DNA of 64,000 nucleotides from Pelomyxa schiedti (taxonomy: Eukaryota > Protista > Evosea), in contig JAHLWZ010000869.1 of NCBI GenBank assembly GCA_020536535.1, forward strand, positions 1 through 64,000, given 5' to 3'. The notes beneath the pieces are model-generated. The model ran no database searches. It was not told where the DNA came from and saw only the letters and a list, made by a program, of their open reading frames with translations. Position 1 is the first letter of the stretch. Each line of letters starts with the position of its first letter. Shown in pieces: positions 13,701-26,494 of the stretch. Both the position numbers and the translations under genes were made by a program.

Positions 13701-15261
13701 AAAAGAAAGGTGAATACATTTGGTTGTTGGTTGTGCAATTGCCTATTTACGTTTTCCTCTGCTTGTCCCTCTCTTGCCCTCGCTATGAGAACAAAAAGAA
13801 AAAAAAAAAAAAAAAAAAGAAAGAAAATTAAATACCTTTGGTCAATATCTTCATCCCCTTCACAATCATAATAAACTTCACCCTCCTCATTACCAGTTTC
13901 ATCAAAGGAGTCAGAAGGATAAGTAGAGCTTCTACAAATGTGAAAAACATTGGATGAAAGGAAATAAATACAAATTCTTTTGTGTCAAGTAACTGTGTTG
14001 GGAGATTCCAAGTTCCAATTCCTTTTTTCCACTCTGTTACTCCAACAGAAAAGAAGTGAAAGTGAACCTTCAGGGCTTCAAAAAGGAGGGGTAGATGTTG
14101 CTCTTTTGGTAATACTTTTGAGGAAAACTGTTGTGGACCAAGATTTTCTGTGTGGTATAGAAATTGCGCAAGCAGAAGCAGTACCAGTGGGTTGATGAAT
14201 ACCTGTAAAACCAGTTCAACATTCAGACCAGACATGAAGGGCACTCACATCAAAATTATCGACTTTGACTGTGAACTTAAGTGGTGGTATCAGGCAAAAA
14301 CTTTTGTGATCCTTCAAATTCAACTGGCCCCTTTGTTATTTGTTTTAGAATCTTTCTTTTAAGTGAGTAAAACTACGTGAGTTTGATAAAACCAGTTCCG
14401 GAATGGGGATTGGAGAGCTTAATAACAGGGAAAGGACCAACCTAACAATTTAAATGGTTGAAAGAAGGATTAATAAAGATTGTACTAAACATGTTCATTG
14501 GAACTTTCTTGAAGACCACTGACACTAATATTCAGGGAGTCAAATATTAGGCAACACTCTGCAAGAAGGGATCCCACCTCCATGAGAAATGAGCAAAAAG
14601 TCAAGAATACAAACCAGATGCGGCAGTATTATAGTGCATGTATGGTATGGTTAGAGCTAATGCAACCATTCTCATCTTTGAAGGAGGTTCAACACCATCA
14701 ATTGTGTGCTCAACTTTAATTAACGTATCTCTGAAGGTGACGTCAAGCTTCATCAGCACATGTTGAAGGAGGAAATTGATCTTCTAATTACAACTTAGAA
14801 AATATTAAACAACTGAAGTGTACATGTTCCTCTTCTGTCGAAGATTTGAATGGGGAGCTGTGATAGTTATTTGTATCTGCACAAGATCACTCAATGCTTT
14901 TTTTGAAAGGAAAAAGACCTACCTCTCACAACAATGGCCATGCTCAACCCCACAACATTAAGAACATAAGGGATGGTATCACTCTCTGGCAATTTGATAG
15001 TGATAGCATCAATTTTCCCCTCCTTCAAGTACACTGGCAGTCTACCAACAAATTGGGCATTTATCGCCTGCACCACAAGGTAGCATAAACAACAGTAACC
15101 AAATGCAGCACTCATACAGCAGCGTCGAGAGTTATGTCCTTCAGAAGAACAGTGCCAGATGAAATCGAACTTCCCAACGTCGTAGCATCCAGACCACCAC
15201 ACGAACAAAACGACCCCAGCACGTCTCCAATCAAAAACGACGCAAATCGTCTCGGCAGCAT
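7800..15261 (-). CDS. ATG2: Autophagy-related protein 2 (lipid transfer protein), many exons; 3' end approximate
   Basis: Chorein_N-like start MLPRRFASFLIGDVLG...GTVLLKDITLD/AINAQF...PVYLKEGKIDAITIKLP. ATG2 C-terminal signatures PFKLHIDQDTALWL, PIKFALDYVAKRLD and GVRPLRTFMNLGSGMANVFLLPIDQYRKD. Confidence 0.85.
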
Positions 15262-15329
15262 CACACGCCGTTTACTTATTTTTTTAATAAAAATGAAACA
15301 CGAGATCTTGGAGTAAACTACTTTTGTGC

Positions 15330-17370
15330 CAGCAGGGCATTAGTGTAGAACCGAAGAATCTCAACAGGGTAGGAAGTGAGTCTGTGATACGATTGAATCT
15401 TCCCGTTTTTCCTTGTTTTGGGATAGTCGGTTCCGAATCATAACGATCCTGAACCTGGTGATGATTCTGAGGTTGGAGGGGGGTTGGATTTGGGCCGTTG
15501 TGTGCCTCCAGGACGTAGCTCAGTGGGCCTGTGGTCCTTTTTAATGTTCTTCTGCCGGGATCGCGTCTTCCGTTTCTAATAAGAAAAGGAAGGCATTAGA
15601 ATTGGAAAAACTTCACGAGTTGAGGGGGAAGTTACCTTAACAGGGAAAGCTTGTTTCGATGTGCCTGTGGTACAGGGTGGCCCGGGTGGAGGCCTCTTAG
15701 AGCCAACCAGTGTGATTGGATTAGGGGTTTCGTTGGTGTGGGTGGAAGGTGATATTGACCGTTGTGTTTCTATTGGCTTGTGTTGGGGAGTGGGAGGATT
15801 GGGTGTTGCGGGTATTGTGGGCGTTTCCAGTTGTTCACTATTGGAAGGCTCTATTTCGGTTGGTCTCTCTAATACTGTATTATGAGTTGGTTTTACCTCG
15901 GATGTCACGTTGCGGGAGGTTTTTGTTGTATTAATAAATGCATTTGGAGAGCGGGGAGTGATGGAGAAAGTGTTTCTTAAAGGGAGAGGTTGACTATGAA
16001 TTGGCCTCTTGAAAACTGGCCGCTCTGTGATTGATTTCTGAAACACTGGCCGGCGTGATTGTGGAAAATATCGTTGGTTAGATTGATATTCGGTGTGTTG
16101 AGCCTTTTGGGTCGGAACCTCCTTGTTTCATGTTGTTTGAAATGGTGCAGAAGGAAAAAAAAAAAAAAAGAACTGACCTGGTCTTGTAATGTGTTATGCG
16201 TAGAAATAGGAATTGAGGGCGCTATCTTCTTTTTAGGAGCGATGCTTGCAGACCGGCTGAGAGATGTTACTATCGCTATAGTTGGATGATTTTATTTCTT
16301 TTCAAGAACAAACCTATCAGGGTCTGGTTGTGCTTTTTCTGGGTTCTCCCATAGCTCCAATGCTGTTGGAGGCTTCTTTGCAGGTTCATTGTTATTGTCA
16401 CTGGGAGCTGCTGTACTTGGAGACACCTTCATGGTAATTGTATGTTGTATACCGCTTGCTAACTTCTCGGCTACACCTTGAACAGCGCTGATGTGTTGCA
16501 ATTCCCGCAGCTCTTGTTTGTTGGCTCTTCTAAGTGTCTCTGCAAGTTTTGTGTTTGATACGGTATCACTTGCAGGAGCCAAATGTCGAGAGAAGCGGGC
16601 ACCAAGTCCTACTCTATGTACAGTTGGAAATAATAATATGTGTTACCCTCTCCACGATTACCTTGGGGTTCTGATTTCATCAGGCTCGGAGTGAGCGATT
16701 GCATAAGCCAAGGTCGAGCCATCTCCGGTTTCATACGCACCCTCGTCCCCAATGCCTTCTGGGCCCATGGCCTTTTTCAACCACACATTGACGAGGTCCT
16801 CAGACGCATCAATCCCGCGAATCACAACCTTGCTTGGCTCCGTGTTAATTACAGGAGTCTGCCCTTGGGAGTTCTGAGCCACGGCACTTTGGGTGGTATT
16901 TTTTGTAGCAGCATCGCCGGAAGTGACACTGACGCCGGCGGCTTTTGCGGCAATAGCAGCGCGTTTTGCCAGCCTCTCTCGGTTTCGATCTTCGCGCTCC
17001 GCCCTCAATCTCTCCTCACGCTCCTTTTTACGCTCGGCGAGCGTACCCGGTAACGGCGCCATTCCCGCATCCGTACGGTCCAGCAACAAATCCGCACTGC
17101 TGGCCTTATCCAAGTGCCTTGCCCACGTACCCCGCATGCTTCTTCTGAATAAATTGCAGTATGAGATCTTCTGTATATTACAGCTTGCCTGCGAGGAGAA
17201 CCTCGAATCGTTGCAGGGAACTGCTGTTTTGTGGAGTTCTTTTTCAACCCGAAAGCCGTTCCCCGTTCCTACGAGTTAAGTTCGTGAGGCCGTGATCAGA
17301 TCTGAGTCTCTGAGTCTCAGTTGCAATACAGTTGGAATTACGTCCACTATTTTTTCCTTCATTCACTTCA
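15330..17370 (-). CDS. Hypothetical low-complexity/coiled-coil protein, multi-exon
   Basis: Consecutive minus-strand ORFs 16658-17137, 16292-16582 and 15576-16046 separated by intron-like gaps; no recognisable domain. Confidence 0.45.
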
Positions 17371-17471
17371 AGGGGGAAAAAATACAAAATTTAGGCCTTG
17401 TGAAAAAAACACCGCCCGTCGCCCACCGAATCTCCGTGTCGTCGTCTCGCCAAGGTACCAATGCCACCGTA

Positions 17472-18625
17472 ATGGCGACACCAGTGTGTTGTTGACGGCG
17501 CCGATGTGCCTCGTTGTTGTCGTTTTTTTTTTAATTTACTTTTTAATTTTTTTTTAATATTTTTTTTTTGCGTATCAACGCTGCCGTGGTTTTTTTTTTT
17601 TTGTGGTACCACAACGTCCGTTTGTTTACGATCGTTTTCATTTGCAGATGAAGTACGATCACAAGAAGCTTGAGCTTCTCTCTGCCAACCGAAGACGCAA
17701 GATAAAGGGACACTTCTGGCTTTCGAGAGTTGGCAAAGCCATCAAAGCGGTATGTTCTCTTCGCCCTTGTATGGCAGTAGGAGTAAGCCTAAGCGTTTGT
17801 GAAGAAACAAGCAGCTGCCAAGGAGGTCGCAGCAAAGAAAGCAGCAGAGACCAAAAAGGTAGAAGCAGAGGCAAAGAAGGATCAAACACCCGTGGTTGAG
17901 AAAGACGCAAAAACCAAGGGAAAGAGCCACCCCTCCAAGAAGAAGTTGGACAGAATTAAGCGCCACCAAGTCGAGCACTGCAAAAAAATGCAGTTGAAGG
18001 CAACTGCCGCGAGGTTAGCTTTCCCCCTTGCTTTGGTTGTATTAAATTCCTTTTACAGAACCCATCGCGCCAAATTGAGGAAGTCTCTCAGGAAGGGAAC
18101 CGTTGTAATCATTCTCACCGGAACCTTCAAGGGACGCCGCGCCATTTTCCTCAAACAACTCAAGTCCGGCCTCTGCCTTATCACCGGACCTTACGCCTTG
18201 AACGGTGTTCCCCTTAGGAGGATTAACCAACGATTTTTGATTGCCACACATACCAGGGTAAGTTTTCACCCTGTGCCGCTTTTTTTTACTCAACAAAATT
18301 AACCTTTTTAGGTCGCCCTCAAGGGAGTTAAGATTCCCCACAAGTTCAATGATAAGTACTTCGCCAGGATCACCAACAGACAGGAGAAGAAAAATGAGAC
18401 CAACTTCTTCTCTGAAGTGGTTTGTTTTCCATTTGCTCTTTTTTTCGGCTAGTAACATCCACACAGGCACCCAAGAAGAGGCTCGCTCCTTCTTCCGTAG
18501 CAGACATTGCTGCTTTTGACAAGCTCGTGATGCCAATCATTGAGAAGGTCCCATTCCTTCCCCAGTACCTCAAGTCCACTTTCTCCCTGAGGCACGGTGA
18601 GAGACCACACCTCCTTAAGTTCTAA
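17472..18625 (+). CDS. RPL6: 60S ribosomal protein L6 (eL6); start uncertain
   Basis: [59 protein letters not shown] and C-terminal [19 protein letters not shown]. Confidence 0.97.
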
Positions 18626-18734
18626 GAGAGTTTGTTTTCTTTCTTTCCTGTTTGCAAGAGACTTGTTTCGAAAGAATAGTTTGTTCCTTAGACAAAATTT
18701 CTTTTGATGGAGTACCAACAACTTTTTTGTTGTA

Positions 18735-21170
18735 TTACGAGTCGTTGGTTGAGGCACAAGGAAACTCTGAGAATTCCAGGATGGGTGTTGGTGTTTCTGG
18801 TCCCTCATCCTCAGTTGAAGTGCTGCTAGAGTTCTCGCAGGAGTCGGTATCAGTATCGGAACCGGGTTCGGGGTCTGTATCCTCTTCTTCCTCTACAAAT
18901 GCTATTTCGGATTCGGTGTCCGATGAGCTGCTGGCTTCCGCTTTTTCGGGTTCTGGTTCTGCTGGTTCTGGTTCTGGTGTGGGCACTGGATTTTGTGCTG
19001 GGGGTACAGTATTCTGTGGTATTGTAGTTGCAGAGAGAGCCGGCTGTGGTGGATTTAGTTCGGGTTGAGTTGAGCTTTCCGGTTGGGGCAGTTTTAGTCC
19101 GGCCTGTGGGTCTGGTTTAGATACCGGCTGTGATGGTTCTGCTTTTGGGGTATCTACTGCAGCTACAATAGGCGGCTGACTAGCACTTGGTAGCCGAGGT
19201 TGTTTGGCCGGATGTGACTTTTTTGTGGGAAGCTTGGGTTCTGCCGGTTTCTTTGGTTTTGGAGGTTCTTTCTTAGGAGCTTTTTGCTTGAGTGCCCTGA
19301 GGTTTGCAGCTAGCTTTTTCCTTTCTTTCTTCGAAAGTTTTGTTGGTGTGGGATTTGTGCTTACTGGAGAACCTGTGGCACCATCTGCTGTTTCTGACTT
19401 GGATGCTGCGTTCTGAGGGTTTACCGTTTTTGTCTGAGGTTTCTTGTGTGACTTTGGGTGGTGGGCTGCCTTTTGCTTGCGGGGTTCAACAGGCTTGCCC
19501 TTTTTTGTTATTTTGCTTAGTTGTGCTAACTGTTGCTGGTTGACTCCCATCAATTTGCTTAGAGTCATCCTCTTGATGTTGATAAATCTTCCAACCTTAC
19601 AAGGAGATGGATTTTCATTAACAAGCAAGCAAGGTAAGGAGACAGATGATGTCCAATCCAACAGGCTGCCACAATCTGGTACACTAATGATAATAAGAGC
19701 TGTAGGGAGGATGGAATGCTCGTAATAGGAACGTATAATACGAATGACTTCATCAAAAAAGACAACAGATTCTTCTTTCGAATTGGAAAAGCAAACAGGC
19801 TGAAGATAAAAATGAGGAAAAGTGAGATTCTTGAATTGTACCTTGACCCAACTAGCTGATCTTAGTGTTTCTCTGGCGAGTGTATTGAGACTCCGTAGGA
19901 AGATCACACATTCCAGATCAGAAATAGGCTGCTGAGTGATGCCGCGCGCTGCATTCATCAAGTTTGTTTTAAATTTGTCTAAGTTACTCCTGTTCCCTTC
20001 AGGTTTATCACTACCAAAGGCCGCGTTGACTAGGCCTGGTGGAATATTCCAAAGCACGATGGGATGTAAAAGTCTCAATGGTCGTTGGATTTGATACATG
20101 TTTGGGTACTGTGGAGTTGTTGGAAAGGCGGAATACTGGGCGGCTTGACTAAATAGTTGTGGGTTACCCTGAGAAGGGGGAAAGTATAAATTAGGCTGAG
20201 GAGCGGGCTGAAATGAGGCAGAACGGTTTTGTGATGTAACAGCATTTTCCTGTGCCGGTTGTGTTGGGGAGAATTGTGATGCAGGCGTTTGACCTTGGAT
20301 ACAAGGTTGAGAACCCAACGTTTGAGGGGACTCTGAGGCACAGGATGTAGATTGAGTAGGAATCTGAGGCTGCATTTGTACTTGAGTATTAGGACTTGAA
20401 ATCCCAATTTCAGTCAAATTTGCATTTGCCACCTGCTTCTGTTGCTGTTGTTGGTCGTTTACTCCAACAAGAGGGGTCTGGGACTGAACTTGAGACGTAG
20501 GAGGTTGGGGTTGCATCTGGTTCTGGAAAGAAGAGGTAGGTTCCAGGCTCTGTGATGGATACACATTCGTTGGGGTTCCGCGTGACAAGTCGTTCTGCTG
20601 GAACATTGGCGAGAAATTACCGGGTGCACCTTGAAATTGATCAGGCCTGGGCCAACTGGATGCCTGGTAATTTGTGGGAGTCTGAAACATTGGCTGTGAA
20701 AAAGTAGGAGGAGGAGGCATAGAACCAGGCACAAACGGGGGATTGCTATTACTGTTTGTACTACTATACAGCTGCTGGAACTGCTGTTGCTGCTGCTGCA
20801 GTATATTGTTATTATGGGATTGCTGCTGTTGGTGCTGATGTGGCTGTTGTTGGTGAGCTTGGTTACGTTGTTGCTGGGGCTGGAAATGGGCTTGGTTGTG
20901 TGCCTTTTTGGGGTTGGCGTTTGGGGCGGCGTTGTTTCCGCCGCCGGGGTGATTTGGGCGGGTCGGGGGCAGCTCGTACTCGAGGGTCACGCGGGCGCCG
21001 TCGATGAGGACCGGGGACGCGGCGAGGGCCCGCTGGGCGTCCTCGGGCGCCAGGAAGTTCACGAGGGCGTGGTTGCGGGGGCGAAGGCACACAGACCTCA
21101 GGGCGCCGAACTGGCTGAAGAACCCGCGCAGGGATTCCTGGGTGCAGTTGGGACCAAGGCCGGACGCCCA
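18735..21170 (-). CDS. RRM-containing protein with Q/P-rich, Lys-rich and acidic low-complexity regions; upstream exon not identified
   Basis: RNP2/RNP1-like LWASGLGPNCTQESLRGFFSQFGAL...HALVNF.APEDAQRAL...IDGARVTLEY; frame opens after a CAG acceptor preceded by an in-frame TAA. Confidence 0.75.
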   Translation of the reverse strand, partial: WASGLGPNCTQESLRGFFSQFGALRSVCLRPRNHALVNFLAPEDAQRALAASPVLIDGARVTLEYELPPTRPNHPGGGNNAAPNANPKKAHNQAHFQPQQQRNQAHQQQPHQHQQQQSHNNNILQQQQQQFQQLYSSTNSNSNPPFVPGSMPPPPTFSQPMFQTPTNYQASSWPRPDQFQGAPGNFSPMFQQNDLSRGTPTNVYPSQSLEPTSSFQNQMQPQPPTSQVQSQTPLVGVNDQQQQQKQVANANLTEIGISSPNTQVQMQPQIPTQSTSCASESPQTLGSQPCIQGQTPASQFSPTQPAQENAVTSQNRSASFQPAPQPNLYFPPSQGNPQLFSQAAQYSAFPTTPQYPNMYQIQRPLRLLHPIVLWNIPPGLVNAAFGSDKPEGNRSNLDKFKTNLMNAARGITQQPISDLECVIFLRSLNTLARETLRSASWVKVQFKNLTFPHFYLQPVCFSNSKEESVVFFDEVIRIIRSYYEHSILPTALIIISVPDCGSLLDWTSSVSLPCLLVNENPSPCKVGRFINIKRMTLSKLMGVNQQQLAQLSKITKKGKPVEPRKQKAAHHPKSHKKPQTKTVNPQNAASKSETADGATGSPVSTNPTPTKLSKKERKKLAANLRALKQKAPKKEPPKPKKPAEPKLPTKKSHPAKQPRLPSASQPPIVAAVDTPKAEPSQPVSKPDPQAGLKLPQPESSTQPELNPPQPALSATTIPQNTVPPAQNPVPTPEPEPAEPEPEKAEASSSSDTESEIAFVEEEEDTDPEPGSDTDTDSCENSSSTSTEDEGPETPTPILEFSEFPCASTNDS

Positions 21171-21399
21171 CAGGCCCTGTGGTGTTTAAATACAAGAATT
21201 AGTAGGCAACGGGCCCAATTTGCCGCCAGACAGAGCGACTTGTGAATTGTGACACGGTACTTACCCGCTGCGGCGATGTGCTAGAAACAAGTGACATGTT
21301 GGGGAACAATAAAACCAACTTGCTTAATACTTTCCCTGAAATGATGCACGGAGAATGACTTAATGGAAGGAGCTCCAGAACAAATAACAAACCCAACAC

Positions 21400-21896
21400 A
21401 GGAGTTGGATGCCTTGCGACCCTGGGCTATATTACACCATCAGATGGATCCCACACCCAGTGCTAGGTTTAGTGGCCTCTCCAATTTTCAACAAAGGACT
21501 TCGAAATAAGAAACAACTTGCATTTCGTTAGAGCGGATGCAATACACCTGTGCAACAAAAACCAAATAAAAAAATGCAAAAAATGTTCCGGGAGTTTGAT
21601 CCCTTGCAACCCTTGGCGATATTACCCCACGTTCCAATTGTGGGGGAACTCGTCCTCTTTGCGACTTGCTCGCCCGAGGGCCGGTCTCGCCAGAACTGGA
21701 AACTTCGTCCTCCTAAATGGTGTATGTAGTTGCGCGTCCACGTTATATTTGTCCTCCAAATCTTCTTAATTTGATGCATGTATGTTTCCAGTTCTCGGTC
21801 CGCAGTGGCCACTAAGGGCTCCCAGAACCTCTGTAACAATCACTCTTTGTGATCCCGTGTTTTGGAGGATGATTCCTCCGAAACCGTACTTGTGGG
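21400..21896 (-). repeat. Inverted copy 2 of the retroelement 3' repeat plus an extra LTR-start-like motif
   Basis: 21554-21896 is the reverse complement of 6999-7340. 21401-21437 (minus: TGTAATATAGCCCAGGGTCGCAAGGCATCCAACTCC) repeats the motif GTAATA..GCCAAGGGTTGCAAGGGA..AAACTCC. Confidence 0.9.
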
Positions 21897-23298
21897 TGGT
21901 ATTTTCTCGTACCGAAATTCCCCTTCTACAAATTGTCTGCCGAGAAGTGGTTAACGGATGCTGCTTGTGTCCCTGTGTGATGTGTGCCGTCCTGTGGTAC
22001 GGTACATCTACTGAGAAGATTAGACTTTCGTTGAGTGGTCCTGCAAATGATGACAGTTAAAAAAAAGGAGGTGATGGCTGCGAAAGTGGGCCGTGCGGGT
22101 ACGTACATGAGTACCGTTGCCTTTGTGGTTGATTCCGACGTTTCTCTTTGTTGAGTGAATCTGGATACCTGCCAACAACTAGGAACCAAAGAGAGTGGGT
22201 TTGCACTAACTAATCATAAAACCTTGTCAATGGACTGGGGGCACGAGCGTGGTGCATTTATTTATGGAACTGCAGATGGCTCCACTTTGAAAATTAAGTT
22301 CATATTCGCGTTGGCCAAAGTTGAGCACACAATTGATGGTGTTGAAGCACTTCCAAAGGTGAGAATGGTTATGCCTTAGCTCTCTTCCCGTACGCATACA
22401 CATGCCATGAAAATACTACCGCATCAAGGAGTTTGTGTTCCTTCATTTGCCACTTGAATTGTCCAGGTTGGCCGTTATCCTAGTGTCAAGCTCTCCAATA
22501 CCAATTCAGGAACAGGTTTATCGAACGGAGTTTTACTGAAGGATCACAACCAACAACCCCTGTATTCACCTTTCTTTTTTTTTTTTTTTTTTTCAAAGCC
22601 TAAAAGTGTGTCTTTGTGAACGGAAACTACCTTATCAGAGTTGCAGAAAAAATACTCATCTCTGGAATTCCCCAATTCTTTGAGGGAAAAAATTCGGCAA
22701 ATTACATGACTTGTGTTGTTCAACAAACATGCCCTCCATACATTAACCATAGTCCGTTCTTCATCACTTCCGTTCAGCATTAATTAATTAACCTTCTTTG
22801 TTAATTTTCTTCCTCCTGACCCTTATTCTTTGGGGTGAGCATATTACTTCACAGTGAAACATCTCAGATCACGGATCACCTTCTCTTCCCATTAAGATTA
22901 AACTGGGGGCATCACTTCACACTTTGGAAAACTAGCATAACCAATTTCACAACGAAATTCTCTGGCACGTTGCACTGAACTCATTGAAAGCTAAAGAAGC
23001 TAAGCAACGCAAAGAACAGTACAGGTGGCCATTTCAATTACTTTTTTTTAACTGAGCACAACAAGGACCCGAGTACCAGATGATACATGGCAGTTTCTGA
23101 TGTTCTAGTCAAGGCAAGAGAAGAGGGCTGAGGAAAAAACTGAATGTAAGCACAGAATGGCAAAGGTGTGGTACTACTTGCTATGCCCACCGGGAATACA
23201 TCGCCAAACACGCACAAAACAACGGGAGTATACTCCCATCTGTAGGTGGAAAAAAAATCACCAAGAACATTCTTCTTTTAGTTCATAGGGGCCGCCCA

Positions 23299-25267
23299 TT
23301 ATGTGTTGTTGCTGTTTTGGCTGTGAGTTGTGGTGCTTGTGGTATTAGAAGTACTAGGATTTGATGTGGTTGAGGTTTCAAAACGGAGTACTATCACGGC
23401 CAGGTCATCTGCGATTTGGCCAGTTGCCGGGGCTTTTCTTTTTGCAGCCTGAGCGACGTTGGTGGCGGCTTCGTAAGGGTCAGTGTATTTCTTGGCAATG
23501 TCAATCACTTCCTGAATTGAAGTTAGGAGTGTAGCTGCATGAATGATTGTTGGTTGGTTGACCTGATTTCCAAGTAAGTTCCAGATTCCATTAGACGCGA
23601 CTACCATGAGGGAGTCGTGTTCTTGCAAGTGCACGCAAATCACTTCGGGTGTTGCGCTCAAGTATTTTATTGGTGTTTTGTACTCGCGAACCCCAATCAC
23701 ACGTGTCACAGGCATCGTTTTTCTGTAAAAGCAGAGTAAACCCTGAAAAAGGTAGGAGGTAGTGTGGTTGCCTGCAAAGAGTAGGTCTAGAGACCCTGCG
23801 TGATCGAACCCTCCTTAACTCATCAAACACTTCGACAAGTCTCCCCCCAGCTGCCTGAATTCTTTCCGCTTCATCAGCACGCTTTGGTGTATGATCCTCT
23901 GTTAGCGGTTCGGCTACTTCACTTCTGAATGTAACGTTAATGCAAGAGTTGGCTGTAACTGGTGTACCTGCATAGAACCGCTCTACAGTCTCCAAGGTGG
24001 GCTATATACAGTGTCATTACACCCATGTGCTGCTGACTCAAAACTATCAAGGCTGCTGCACCACTATTATTATTCATTTTTTCAGCGCGCACAAGGAAAT
24101 TAGCTTCAACGGCAGAAAATGAATCAAGCAGCACTTGCTTCACCATATCCTCCCAGCAGTCACGGATTTGCTTTTCATTGTTTTCTCCCTCTTCAGTGTT
24201 TGTGACAGTGGCAGTACTACTAGCAGCAGCGTCTGAATGTCCAGTTGGCTTGCTGGTGGTTGCGTCACCAACACTAGAATCCAACGATAGGCGTGGTGGC
24301 ATTGCATCTTGTTGACTGGAGGGAATGTTCTGCTTCTCACACAAGAACTTACTTCTGGCTTCATCATAACGTGTTTCAAAGATTTTGTGCATCACTCCAC
24401 CAAGATAGCTGAAGAAAGTTACAACGTGAAAATTATCAATCCCTCAACCAAAAAGGAAAAAAAAGGGAAGAGAGGGAAGTTAATAGTAATGATACCGAGA
24501 ACAATCACTCCCGTCACGCCCTCCGAAAACAGCATTGTACAGAAGCATACTTGGCAAGTTTTGGCCTCCAATGATTATGCCACAAACTACAGTATCTTCT
24601 GGAGCATACACTTTCATGGCCTCAAAACACCACCCTGAAACCACATTACGGATTCCGCCGTACATGGTGCAAGTGGAACTGTGTGCGCAGATGGGTACCT
24701 GATAATCTATTTCTGGGGCTGACTTCGAGGCTGCGTCGGCTACGCAAGTTGACAATTGCAATTGTGGCTGGGGAGCGTCAGGGACCTCAATGCGGGGAGT
24801 TGTGGCGCGCTCGACTTCGTCACATACAAGCGATGTAGTTGCAGGTTCAACATCTTTGGGCACGCCGACCGCTGCGGTCGCGGGACCACCGGCGTCGGTC
24901 TCTCCTCATTGTATTCTGGGATTGTGATGACACCAGTTGTAGGACTTGTTGCAGGCGACGTGCTCACAGGATCCGTTGTACATGCCCTCGCCGGAGTAGC
25001 ACTAGATGTACTTTGCCCTTGTTGTAAGTCGGCTGATGTTGGTTCTTGCGAAGATGTCGGTTCCTGAGAAGATCTTGCTGCGCTGGTGATCTCGGGGGCA
25101 TCGTCGATGGGAGGAGAAACTGGCTTCGTTATGGGTTGTGTGCCGGGATCGGGGCCAGCATCTCCCACTCTGGTTCTCTTAGATTCACTCGCACCGACGA
25201 GATCTCGCGCTTCAATCGATGGGGGCCTCTTTTGCGGGTGTTGTTCCCTGTTGTCGCCTCGGTGCAT
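23299..25267 (-). CDS. Protein phosphatase 2C (PPM) family protein with disordered N-terminus
   Basis: YNAVFGGRDG, SGAAAL, LYIAHLGDCRAVLC, LTEDHTPKRADEAERIQAAGG, VTRVIG, VASNGIWN, DDLAVIVL. Confidence 0.9.
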
Positions 25268-25493
25268 CGTCTCGTATTTATTGTTTTGTTTTGTTTTGAA
25301 GAATCTTTTTCTGGTTCTTTCTTTCTTTTTTTTTTTTTGATGTCAAAAGTGTCAAAAGCACTTGCGTACCCATCCGGAATCGGTACCTGCTCCAAGTTGT
25401 CCGCACAGACACAGACACAGCACCCACAAAACACCAGTAGGTTCTAAAGTGATTTGGAGTGTTTGGTTTGTTGAAAAAAATCAGAATTTTACA

Positions 25494-26494
25494 TTAGAGG
25501 AGCTTGTGAACAAACTCCTCATAAGATATCTTCCCATCGTGATTGACATCAACCATGGCGAACAGTTCATCAACTTCGGCATCGGTCATTCTATCACTGT
25601 GGAAGAATTGGTGCATGGATGAAAAGTGATCCCAAATTACCTCCGTGAAGTAAGGACTTTCCTCAATTCAGCCACAGATATAGTTCCATCCTTATCCTGA
25701 GGTGTGGTGAGTTTGCATTGCCATTCAATTTTTTAATACCAAGTCAAACACGGCAAAAGCCTTCCGGAGATTCCTTTCCTCCTTTTCTTTAGTGGGAATC
25801 CCCCTATGCAGTACAATTTGAACAAACTCCTCCCAACTCAATTGCCCATCCTGGAAAAGTTGAGTGGTAACACAAAAGTAAAGGTGAAATTATACATGAT
25901 TTTTATCCCATGCCCACATTATGCACTGTAACATGTGGTTGGACGGGTTATCACCAAGTCTTCTCATCAACGCAGGCAGTTCTTGCATAGATATGTAGCC
26001 GTTATGGTCTGTATCACATGCTGCAAATAGTTCCCGTAGTCTTGCTTCTTGGTCACTGGAGAGAGCAAGAGACTTGGGAGGAAGGGAAAAGTGTTATTTA
26101 TTGGAAATTCTTCGACGGGTACACACAGAAGTTATTGGGTGTAACTCCATAAATGAAAGAACAGCCTTGCAAGCTGATTCAGCATTATGAAACCACGCCA
26201 GCTCCGTTTCTGGGGTAAGTGCCTTCCCCTTCTCAATCAACTACTACCTCCACAACAAATAAAAAAAAAGAAAGAAAACAAACCCGGATAAATAAAAAGA
26301 GAAAAAATGGGGAACAACAAGTAAAACAAGGTTAGGAGCAATAAGAAAAAACTGTGGGACCAAACCCCATCCAGTCTCGTTATTGCCGCCTTTGCCTGCC
26401 GCAGTACTTGTGAGTCACAAGTCGTGTCTGACTCCCTCGCGATGTCGACCGTAAACTGCGCCAACAATTTCTTTGTGGTTTCTAGTTGGTCCAT
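25494..26494 (-). CDS. Calmodulin-like four-EF-hand protein with N-terminal extension
   Basis: Spliced translation LRELFAACDTDHNGYISMQEL, DKNH/DGQLSWEEF, AFAVFDL/DKDGTISVAEL, DVNHDGKISYEEF. Confidence 0.85.

Noticed and set aside
13790-13830. Poly-A run as a retroposon tail (also 22575-22592)
   Set aside because: The first reads as an intronic pyrimidine tract of minus-strand ATG2; no TSD or element body seen for either.
6999-21896. One 15-kb DNA transposon bounded by terminal inverted repeats
   Set aside because: The interior holds housekeeping genes (ATG2, RPL6), no transposase or TSD is seen, and the repeat adjoins gypsy pol.
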